Shown piece after piece: positions 1 to 7,325 of a DNA stretch of 17,323 bases (within the stretch, counting starts at the first letter, position 1; each line of letters starts with the position of its first letter). The notes below the pieces were generated by a model. That model searched no databases. It had not been told where the DNA came from and was given only the letters and a program-made list of their open reading frames with translations. The position numbers were made by a program, and so were the translations under genes. Source of the DNA: Candidatus Omnitrophota bacterium (GTDB taxonomy: Bacteria; Omnitrophota; Omnitrophia; Omnitrophales; Aquincolibacteriaceae); contig JAZDJU010000007.1 in NCBI GenBank assembly GCA_043803685.1, positions 1 to 17,323 on the forward strand, given 5' to 3'.

Positions 1-2
1 TT

Positions 3-812
3 CTTGGCATCGTCTTATTCTTTTTTTACGGTTCCTCCGGTTCGAAAAAGCAGGTTTCCATGCGTCCGGAAGAGAATCCTCAAATGATTACGGGGGCGGC
101 GATGGACCGTGCCATTGCCGCTGCCGGGAAAGATGACAAAAGAACGAAGGATCTCGAAGGCGTCAGGAAAACCTTGCCCGTTAAGAAAAGGAATTACGCG
201 ACTGAGATTGCGGTTTACATCGAACCGCCTGTAAAAACGGAAAACCGTGGTTCTCGTTCGGAAGAGACTCGCGGCAAGCAGAAGCCTTTAGGGCTTCCTT
301 CCGGGACGAAGATCCCCGCGCGCCTTTCAAACCGCATTTTCAGTTTTAACGTGGCAGCTCCCGTGATCGCGTTAGTGATCCGGGATTTTAAGTGGCAGGA
401 GAAAGTCGTGATCCCCAAGGATTCGAAGTTCCTGGGGGAAGCAAGCGTTCTTAAAACCCTCGACCGCATCAATGTCAAATTCGAGACTTTGATTTTCCCG
501 GACGGCCGCGAAATGCGCGTCAGGGCTATGGCCTTATCTGAAGATGGGTCCGGGGGGATAAGGGGCAAGGTTGATAAACACCGGGATCTTAAAACCTTCA
601 AGGCGATCGGGGAAACGCTCCTGGGAGGCGCTAGCCTCTTTGTCGGGGGGTCGGGGCAGAGCCCTTACAACCTTGAAGACCAACTCCGGGTCAACCTTGC
701 CTCGAATCTCACGGGGCAGGCGGCTCAGGACCTGCGCAGTGTCAAAACCGAAGAATCGGTCACTGTGGAGACTGATACGTCCATCCAAGTGATTCTTCTT
801 GAGGCAACCTAA
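3..812 (+). CDS. TrbI/VirB10-family type IV secretion protein, 5'-truncated by the window edge
   Basis: The frame is open from base 3 (LGIVLFFFYGSSG, a transmembrane-like segment) ahead of the ATG at 60. The C-terminal domain (LPSGTKIPARL...PVIALV...VVIPKDSKFLG...DRINVKFETLIFPDG...DGSGGIRGKVDKH) matches the TrbI/VirB10 beta-barrel pattern. Confidence 0.8.
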   Translation, partial: LGIVLFFFYGSSGSKKQVSMRPEENPQMITGAAMDRAIAAAGKDDKRTKDLEGVRKTLPVKKRNYATEIAVYIEPPVKTENRGSRSEETRGKQKPLGLPSGTKIPARLSNRIFSFNVAAPVIALVIRDFKWQEKVVIPKDSKFLGEASVLKTLDRINVKFETLIFPDGREMRVRAMALSEDGSGGIRGKVDKHRDLKTFKAIGETLLGGASLFVGGSGQSPYNLEDQLRVNLASNLTGQAAQDLRSVKTEESVTVETDTSIQVILLEAT

Positions 813-831
813 AAACGAAAGGAAAAAGGGA

Positions 832-1077
832 ATGGAAAAAACGGGCAAAGAATCAGAATTTAAGGACGAAGTCGTGGGCACGGTTCCGGTCAAGGAAGGG
901 GAGCTTAGGCTTACGGTTTCTGAAAGAAACGGCTGGCGGCGTGTGGATTTCAGGGTGTTCGGCGTAGTGAAAGGCGAGATCCGCGCGACACGGCAGGGGT
1001 TTGTGATCGAGCAATCCAGATGGGGGGAATTCTTCAAAGGAGTCGAGAAACTCAACGAAAAGATCACGAAAAAGTAG
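832..1077 (+). CDS. PC4/YdbC-like single-stranded DNA-binding protein
   Basis: 81 aa from the ATG at 832, preceded by purine-rich AAAGGGA. LRLTVSERNGWRRVDFRVF...ATRQGFVI...WGEF fits the PC4 pattern (V-S-x-F/Y-x-G...VDxR...PTxKG...W). Confidence 0.7.
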   Translation: MEKTGKESEFKDEVVGTVPVKEGELRLTVSERNGWRRVDFRVFGVVKGEIRATRQGFVIEQSRWGEFFKGVEKLNEKITKK

Positions 1078-1091
1078 AACTCAAACCAAAT

Positions 1092-1133
1092 TCAGGGAAG
1101 TCCGGTTCCAGAAATGGGACAGGGCTTCCCTGA
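1092..1133 (+). promoter_or_regulatory. Intergenic RNA stem-loop with GAAA tetraloop upstream of tolC
   Basis: TCAGGGAAGTCC-G-GTTCCA-GAAA-TGGGAC-A-GGGCTTCCCTGA forms 18 pairs including two G-U, with one G.A mismatch. There is no following U-tract. Confidence 0.6.
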
Positions 1134-1147
1134 GCCGGGGGAATTGG

Positions 1148-2470
1148 ATGAATAAACATAAAAAGATTTTTCGCATGGCAGTGGTTTTGTTCGCGGGACT
1201 GTTGGTTTCCCGAACGGTTTTAGCGGCGACGGAATTGCCGCAAGAAAATTTCGGCAGTCTTCTGACGCTTGAGCAGGCTATCTCGAGAACGCTTCAGGAA
1301 GACGCGAAGGTGAAGCTCGCGATCGAACGTCTCGAAAAAGAAAAGGCCCTTTATAAAGGAGCCCAGGCGGAGTTTTTCCCGAAGTTCGGGACCGAGTACT
1401 TTGGAGCGGTCGCAACGGGTGGAAGCAAAACGGTCGGTTACGTTGACGCATCTCTCGAACAGCCGATCTTTGAGGGCGGGAAGTCGGTTTATAACAAGAA
1501 AAAGCAGAAGACTCGGGTCGAAAGCGAAACTCTCAGATTTGAGGAGGCAAAACTCGATCTCAATCTTTACGTGCGGATTCTCTACGCACAAGTTTTGGAG
1601 GAGAAGGAATTAACGCGGATCGCACAGGGAGAGGTTAAGGAACTCTCCGGGGCGTTTGAACGCGCGTCCGCTCTTTTCCAAAAAGAGGTTGTTCCTCGCA
1701 GCGAGCTCATGCGCGTTGAAACGTTGCTTCAAAAATCAAAAACCGGACTCGTCAAACACAAAGAATCCTACGACTATTATCTTGGGATCTTGATGGAGAC
1801 GGTTGCTATGGGCGCACAGGAATCCCTCGAGCTTGAGCCTCTGGGGAAGATCCCGGAGCTTTCGGAGGATGCGAGTACCTACCTCGAAATAAGCCGTAAG
1901 CACGACCCGCTTTATAAGATTACGGGTCTTCAGATCCAGGAGAAGGAATTCGAAAAGAAAATGCTTCGGGCGGAGCGATGGCCCACTTTGAATCTCGCCG
2001 CCAAATGGGACCTTAACCGGGATATTTATGTCAACACCGATCGCGTGATGGCGGGTGTTTCCGGGAAATGGAACATCTGGGATTTCGGGAGGCTCGGCGC
2101 CCAGATCCATGCCAAAGAGCATGAGATCGAGGAAAAGAAATGGGAAGGAGTTATTGAAGTCCGGGACCATGAAAATGAGATCCGTAGGGATTTTCACGAG
2201 ATCAGGGCTACGCGTGAAAAGATCCGTCTCTCGGAATCTCTGGTACGGGAATGCGAGGAGCTTTACAAAAATGAGAAGGTAAAAAACGTGGCGGGGGAGC
2301 GCGGTGCTTCCGAGCTTATGGATTCCTTCGTGGCATTGGAGGAAGCTCGCACCCAAAACCTCGAATCGGTCACGGAATGCCGGATCCTCTTCGCAAAACT
2401 TGGAAGGAAGATCGCATTTGGCGGTATGGAAACTGGGCTTCACGGGACTGTGGGAGAGGAAATCGAATGA
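1148..2470 (+). CDS. TolC-family outer membrane efflux protein
   Basis: Signal peptide (MNKHKK...TVLA) followed by LTLEQAI, and two OEP repeats (AEFFPKF...LEQPIFEGG and AERWPTLNL...KWNIWDFG). 440 aa and helix-rich. Confidence 0.9.
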   Translation: MNKHKKIFRMAVVLFAGLLVSRTVLAATELPQENFGSLLTLEQAISRTLQEDAKVKLAIERLEKEKALYKGAQAEFFPKFGTEYFGAVATGGSKTVGYVDASLEQPIFEGGKSVYNKKKQKTRVESETLRFEEAKLDLNLYVRILYAQVLEEKELTRIAQGEVKELSGAFERASALFQKEVVPRSELMRVETLLQKSKTGLVKHKESYDYYLGILMETVAMGAQESLELEPLGKIPELSEDASTYLEISRKHDPLYKITGLQIQEKEFEKKMLRAERWPTLNLAAKWDLNRDIYVNTDRVMAGVSGKWNIWDFGRLGAQIHAKEHEIEEKKWEGVIEVRDHENEIRRDFHEIRATREKIRLSESLVRECEELYKNEKVKNVAGERGASELMDSFVALEEARTQNLESVTECRILFAKLGRKIAFGGMETGLHGTVGEEIE

Positions 2471-4056
2471 GCCTTTCCCTCAAACCCGGCATCAAAGGTG
2501 GGTTAACTCCCCGGACAAGAACGATCCTGTTTTTAGGAGGGTGTGTGCTCATCACGGTTGCGGCGGTCCGACTTGTCTTGTCGACTTTGGTGATTACGCG
2601 AGAGACGCAGCTTGTGAGCTTTCTTTGGGTGGCCGGGTTCGGATTTCTCTTCTTCAACGTCGCGTATCAATTCGTCCTGTGCCTTTGTCATTTCCTTATC
2701 AGAAAACTACCTGTCTTAAAGGAAGCGTACGTTGACCATTTCCCACGGGTAGCGCTTGTCTACCCGGTTCGAAATGAAACGCACGGGCTTTTTGAAAGGG
2801 CAGGGTACTCGTTTTCGAGGAACAAGCTACCGAATGTTGATCTGTGGATTCTTTCCGATTCCGGGGAAGGGTTCGAGCGGTATGAACGGGAAGTTGTGGA
2901 AAGACTTCAAAAACAGCATCCAGGCCGAGTTTTTTATCGAAGAAGGAAAGAGCCTGTGGAACGAAAACAGGGCAATATCGCCGAGTTCCTGCACGCGCAT
3001 CCCGAATATCCCCTTCTATATATATGTGATGCGGACGGCATGGTTCCGAAGGGGACACTGCTAAAGCTTTTGAAGAAAGCCGTTCATCCCGAAAACCGGG
3101 ATATCGCCATCTTCCAGGCTTTTGTCAGGATCGCGCATGCCGCCACCTGGTATGCGCGTCTTGAGAAAATCGGAGCGGAGCTCTCTCAACGATTCAGTTT
3201 TACGGCGTTTCAGGCGGTCTTCGGAAGGACGATATCCTTTGGGCATCATCACCTAGCCCGCGCTGCGCTCCTTAATAAAATCCGGCTTCCCAAGGGGCTC
3301 CTCTCGCACGATAACTGGGATACGGTCCTTCTGGATCAAATGGGGTATCGAGTCGCGTTTTGCCCAGACGTGCATGCTTTTGACGAAGCGCCCTCAAATT
3401 ATCTGGAAGCAAGAGCCCGTTCCCGGCGCTGGTCGCAAGGGACACTTCAAGGCTCTCCGCTTGTTTGGAAGCCAGGCATAAGCCTTGCGTCCCGGTTCCT
3501 CGCCTTTTACGGCATTTATGTTTATTGGGCAGATCTCGTGTTTTTTTTCTGGGTGATTCTTGGAGTCCTGGCGCATTCGGAACCGGCCGGAGAACTCATC
3601 CATTTCGAGATCGATTCTATCTGGTTCGGCTTTTGCACCAATAGCGCTCTCATGGGGGTGCTTTTCTTCAGTTTTATCGTGGTCGTGTTTCATAAGGTGA
3701 CGATCTTGAAAACCTCACGCGATCTGAAAGCGTTCTTTTACGAGGCCGCTTTTTCCATGCTCATCACCCTGAATAATTTCGTTTACGCTCCGCTCGATAT
3801 GATCACAATCCCGATCAGGAAACTTCAATGGAATCCCATGAAAAAAGACCCGTTCACGAAGATAAGCATCGGAAGCATTGTGAGGAACCTCTGGCTTGGC
3901 ACGGCGCTTGGTTTTTACGGGTTTTACTTTTGCACCTTCAAGACCCCGTATTTTGTGTGGCAGACAGCCCCGTTTCTCGCAAGTCTCAGCCTTTCAATTC
4001 TTACGGTTTGTCTGACCTCGAAAACCATTCCTGAAGGATGGGAAAAATGGATCTAA
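2467..4056 (+). CDS. OpgH/MdoH-like GT2 processive glucosyltransferase (membrane protein)
   Basis: The ATG at 2467 overlaps the tolC stop (ATGA) and follows GGAGAGG. Motifs YPVRNE, WILSDS, YRRR...RKQGNIAEF, DADG, GHH, LLSHD, FDEAP and RRWSQG parallel E. coli OpgH (YRRR..RKxGNI, DADS, LSHD, RRWCQG). Two N-terminal and several C-terminal hydrophobic segments. Confidence 0.85.
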   Translation: MSLSLKPGIKGGLTPRTRTILFLGGCVLITVAAVRLVLSTLVITRETQLVSFLWVAGFGFLFFNVAYQFVLCLCHFLIRKLPVLKEAYVDHFPRVALVYPVRNETHGLFERAGYSFSRNKLPNVDLWILSDSGEGFERYEREVVERLQKQHPGRVFYRRRKEPVERKQGNIAEFLHAHPEYPLLYICDADGMVPKGTLLKLLKKAVHPENRDIAIFQAFVRIAHAATWYARLEKIGAELSQRFSFTAFQAVFGRTISFGHHHLARAALLNKIRLPKGLLSHDNWDTVLLDQMGYRVAFCPDVHAFDEAPSNYLEARARSRRWSQGTLQGSPLVWKPGISLASRFLAFYGIYVYWADLVFFFWVILGVLAHSEPAGELIHFEIDSIWFGFCTNSALMGVLFFSFIVVVFHKVTILKTSRDLKAFFYEAAFSMLITLNNFVYAPLDMITIPIRKLQWNPMKKDPFTKISIGSIVRNLWLGTALGFYGFYFCTFKTPYFVWQTAPFLASLSLSILTVCLTSKTIPEGWEKWI

Positions 4057-5027
4057 TCCAAAGAAAGGCAAAAAACATGACCGACGCGAAAGCCCCGGAA
4101 AAAATACAGGGAAATGCACCGACCGAAGAACCGATGCTCTTCGAGGAAAAAGAAGATAAGAAAAGCGCGGGATGGTGGCGACTGGTTTGGGTGGCCGGAT
4201 TGTGCGCGGTCGGTTTCTTTTTTTGGCCGAAAGGGGAAATCCAGGGGGATGCCGTCCTGCAGGCCGCGAAGTTCGTGAAACTCGAAGTTGCAAGTCCGGG
4301 GGTTTTAAAAGAGCTGTTTTATGAAAAAGGCGCTTCGGTCAAAAAAGGAGCAATCATTGCCCGCTTCGAAAACCCGGAGATCGTAAGGAATCTTGAAGAG
4401 AAAAAACAATCTCTTGAGATCGCCAGTCACGACAAGGTCCGCTTGCAGAGCCGAGCAGAATTCCTGCAAAAAGAGAAGGAACGGATGGGCATTTTTTATG
4501 AGAACGGCGCGGCGGGCCGCGCATTATGCGAGAAAGCGGATTTTCAGCTACTGGATGCCCGGGAAGAGCTCGCGGGGAAGGAGCAGGAAATACAGTCCCT
4601 CGACGGGGAGATCCGATTTCTAAAAGAAAGAGCCGAAGCGCTGGAGCTGAAAGCTCCTTTTGACGGAGTTCTCCTCAATGATCCCAAAGACCATCTTGGG
4701 GGGTTCTTTAAAGAAGGGGATCTCGTGCTCGAGATGGCGGACCCCGGAAGTTATTTCCTTGAGCTGTTGGTGCTGGAAAAGGATGTGAAGGAAATTAAGG
4801 TCGGCAATAAGGCGCGAGCCTCTTTTTATGCTTATCCCAGGCGGTGGATGACGGGAGAAGTGGTGCGCGTTGCACCGAGAACGATCGAGCAGGTGGAGAA
4901 AGTTTTTAAAGTACGGCGCGTAATCTCTTGCGAGATCAGGCTCTCGGATCTTCCTCCAGAAGTCCGGTACGGGATGCAAGCGTCGGTCAGGATCGATACG
5001 AAACTTCCCGAAAAAACCATTCAATAA
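4047..5027 (+). CDS. HlyD/membrane-fusion periplasmic adaptor protein
   Basis: N-terminal TM (WWRLVWVAGLCAVGFFFW), first lipoyl half-motif (PGVLKELFYEKGASVKKG), coiled-coil hairpin, second half-motif LKAPFDGV, and a beta-barrel ending YGMQASVRI. The start could be 4038, 4047 or 4077. Confidence 0.88.
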   Translation: MDLIQRKAKNMTDAKAPEKIQGNAPTEEPMLFEEKEDKKSAGWWRLVWVAGLCAVGFFFWPKGEIQGDAVLQAAKFVKLEVASPGVLKELFYEKGASVKKGAIIARFENPEIVRNLEEKKQSLEIASHDKVRLQSRAEFLQKEKERMGIFYENGAAGRALCEKADFQLLDAREELAGKEQEIQSLDGEIRFLKERAEALELKAPFDGVLLNDPKDHLGGFFKEGDLVLEMADPGSYFLELLVLEKDVKEIKVGNKARASFYAYPRRWMTGEVVRVAPRTIEQVEKVFKVRRVISCEIRLSDLPPEVRYGMQASVRIDTKLPEKTIQ

Positions 5028-5045
5028 AGGAAAGGATATCATCAC

Positions 5046-5828
5046 ATGAAAGCCATTATTTTAGCCGCTGGATTTGGAACCCGTCTTTATCCACTGACAC
5101 TGGATCTGCCGAAAGCACTTCTGAGGATCGGAAAGAAAACCATTCTGGACCATTTGATGCTGAAGTTGGAAATGCTTTCGGCTGTGGATGAAGTGATTCT
5201 TGTTTCAAACAGCCGGTTCTACCGTCAGTTCCTTGATTGGCAAAAGACCGCCGTGTATGTAAAACCCCTTCATATTCTTTCAAACAAGGTATGCGAGCAC
5301 GAAAAAAGCCTCGGCGCTGTGCGGGACCTCTTTCTTGCGCTGCGGTCGGGTTATTGCGGCAGTGCCGATTTCCTCGTCTTTTGCGGGGACAATTACTTTG
5401 ATTTCCCACTGGGCTATATGCTCCTTCCGGCTCTGGGGCACCGTGAGTCGGCGTTTGTAGGAGTTTATGACGTAAAAGACAGCTCCCTTGCCAAGGAGTA
5501 TGGCGTGGTGGAAATGGATGACCACCACAGGATCACGAAATTTGAAGAAAAACCCGCGAACCCAAAATCCACGCAAGTGAGTATTGGGGCGTATTTTCTT
5601 CCTGCCAGTTACCGACTGCGTGTTTATGAGTACCTCGAGATCGAAAAACGCAACCCCGATAAAATCGGGGATTTTTTCGCGTGGCTCACAGGGAAAGAGA
5701 GGCTTTACGGGATTGAGTTTGACGGCGCATGGTTTGATATTGGAAGCAAGGCGTCGTATGACGCTGCGCAGGAATATGTCAAAGTTAAGAATGCTGGTGC
5801 CATCTCTCAAATGGAGGCGACGAGATAA
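5046..5828 (+). CDS. Sugar-1-phosphate nucleotidyltransferase (NTP_transferase family)
   Basis: MKAIILAAGFGTRLYPLT..PKALL signature, plus GDN, YGVVE, FEEKP and WFDIG. RBS-like AAAGGA upstream. Confidence 0.92.
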   Translation: MKAIILAAGFGTRLYPLTLDLPKALLRIGKKTILDHLMLKLEMLSAVDEVILVSNSRFYRQFLDWQKTAVYVKPLHILSNKVCEHEKSLGAVRDLFLALRSGYCGSADFLVFCGDNYFDFPLGYMLLPALGHRESAFVGVYDVKDSSLAKEYGVVEMDDHHRITKFEEKPANPKSTQVSIGAYFLPASYRLRVYEYLEIEKRNPDKIGDFFAWLTGKERLYGIEFDGAWFDIGSKASYDAAQEYVKVKNAGAISQMEATR

Positions 5829-6863
5829 ATGGAAAACGATGAAGCCAAGAGCCTAAAGCCAGTAAAATCTAGCATGCAAAAATCAGAACGGCCTGATCAG
5901 TTAGAGACGGTCAAAGGTTATCGAGAAATTCTTCGGGATGTTCAGGGAATTCTTTCAAAGGCGAGAAGCAGAGCATACCAAGCGATTGATAAGCTCAAAG
6001 TCGAGGCCTATTGGGAGGTCGGCCAGAGAATTACCAAAGGGGAATTGGAGAACAAGAACCGGGCTGATTACGGTAAGGCTGTAATTATGAGACTTTCTCT
6101 GGATACGGGGATTGATAAATCCACCCTTTATGACGCGCATCATTTTTTTAAAGAGTACCCGAATTTCCGCACAGTGTGCGGAAAATTGACTTGGTCTATC
6201 TGGCGCAGGTTGATTTATATAGCAGACGTCGAAGAACGTGAGTTTTATCGGCTTAAATCCAACGAAGAAAACTGGACTTTTAGGCGTTTTATTGATGCTT
6301 GTAAAAGTAAGCAGTTCCAAAAGAGATCCCGAAAGAGAAGCCTTGAAGTCGCTAGCCCTCCGGTCCTTGAAAATCCCCAAGAGGTTTTCCGGGAAGTCTA
6401 TGATTTCGATTTCCTCAAACTTCCGACGCCTTTTAAGGAATATGATCTTGAAAATGCAATGCTGGAAAAAACGATTCGAGTTTTAACTGAATTGGGCAGT
6501 CATTTTTGTTTGGCCGGAAGACAAGTCCGGATTCTTATTGACGGAAATTGGGACCGAATAGACCTGGTTTTTTATCATTCGAAATTGCACGCCTATATCC
6601 TTGCCGATCTGAAGAGAGGGGCCTTCAAGGGGGAGTATATCGGACAGATGAACAAGTACATCGAGTATTACCGTCACAATGAAGAAACCCGAAATGATAA
6701 CCCCACTATCGGTTTGATTCTTTGCGAGGACATCGGATATGAAGAGGCCGTTTATGCTTTGGGCGGGCTCGAAAAGAAAATTTTCGTTGCTCAATATCGC
6801 ATAAAGCTGCCAAGCGAAAAGCAGATCGCGAAAAAACTTAGGGCCATTAAGGCTCTTGCGTGA
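5829..6863 (+). CDS. YhcG/DUF1016 PD-(D/E)XK nuclease family protein
   Basis: N-terminal YWEVG.RI...RADYG, LTWS and REFY motifs; C-terminal YDFDFL, ELG..F...GRQ, IDLVFYH, DLK, GQMNKY and NPTIGLILC. The ATG directly follows the previous TAA. Confidence 0.9.
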   Translation: MENDEAKSLKPVKSSMQKSERPDQLETVKGYREILRDVQGILSKARSRAYQAIDKLKVEAYWEVGQRITKGELENKNRADYGKAVIMRLSLDTGIDKSTLYDAHHFFKEYPNFRTVCGKLTWSIWRRLIYIADVEEREFYRLKSNEENWTFRRFIDACKSKQFQKRSRKRSLEVASPPVLENPQEVFREVYDFDFLKLPTPFKEYDLENAMLEKTIRVLTELGSHFCLAGRQVRILIDGNWDRIDLVFYHSKLHAYILADLKRGAFKGEYIGQMNKYIEYYRHNEETRNDNPTIGLILCEDIGYEEAVYALGGLEKKIFVAQYRIKLPSEKQIAKKLRAIKALA

Positions 6864-6866
6864 TGT

Positions 6867-7103
6867 ATGCGTAAACATTGTTTGGATTCAATTAAGGCGG
6901 GTGAATCTAAAGAGGTGCTTCCCGGTGATCTTTTGACCGTCCAACAGCTTGCAGGATTACTTCAATGCAGCCGTCATACGGTCTATGTTTGGGTGTGTAA
7001 AAACCAGCTGCCGATCCCTTACTACAAGTTTCCTAGAGGTGTTCGATTTAGGCGTTCTGATGTTGATAAGTGGTTCGAAAGCCGCAAGGTTATACCGGTA
7101 TGA
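6867..7103 (+). CDS. Excisionase-like helix-turn-helix protein (HTH_17 type)
   Basis: LLTVQQLAGLLQCSRHTVYVWV...IPYYK...VRFRRSDVDKW is a typical Xis/MerR-like pattern, and the gene lies near an integrase. Confidence 0.85.
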   Translation: MRKHCLDSIKAGESKEVLPGDLLTVQQLAGLLQCSRHTVYVWVCKNQLPIPYYKFPRGVRFRRSDVDKWFESRKVIPV

Positions 7104-7115
7104 GAAAAATAATGG

Positions 7116-7144
7116 TTGAATCGATTAAACTTATGATATACACT
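7116..7144 (+). promoter_or_regulatory. Putative sigma70 promoter for the small HTH gene and integrase
   Basis: TTGAAT (7116-7121), 17 bp spacer, TACACT (7139-7144). The predicted start site falls at about the ATG at 7152. Confidence 0.5.
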
Positions 7145-7151
7145 TCTCTCC

Positions 7152-7322
7152 ATGAAGATAAAGGATTTCATCTTGATAAGTGAGTTTGCGAAACGTGCCA
7201 ATGTAACCGTGCAAGCCGTTTATAAGGCAATCAAGGCTGGACGGATCACTCGGGTTGAGTCTGTGGGCCCGTTGCATCTTGTTCATACCTCCGAACTAAA
7301 ACAGTTCAAGGGGAGGGCGTAA
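7152..7322 (+). CDS. Small (56 aa) HTH DNA-binding protein, excisionase/MerR-like; absent from the ORF track
   Basis: Translated by hand as MKIKDFILISEFAKRANVTVQAVYKAIKAGRITRVESVGPLHLVHTSELKQFKGRA, with an HTH pattern (ISEFAK..NVT.QAVYKAIKAGRI). It fills the gap and stops 3 bp before the integrase ATG. Confidence 0.75.
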   Translation: MKIKDFILISEFAKRANVTVQAVYKAIKAGRITRVESVGPLHLVHTSELKQFKGRA

Positions 7323-7325
7323 GCC

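Noticed and set aside
1092..1140. Hairpin as a c-di-GMP riboswitch or intrinsic terminator
   Set aside because: It has GAAA and TGGGAC but forms a single long stem, without the second hairpin and junction of the GEMM motif as I recall it. There is no U-tract on the plus strand, and the G-U pairs become A-C mismatches on the minus strand.
2377..2466. Longer N-terminus for the glycosyltransferase
   Set aside because: It would overlap tolC by about 90 bp. The ATG at 2467 has an RBS and the typical ATGA coupling.
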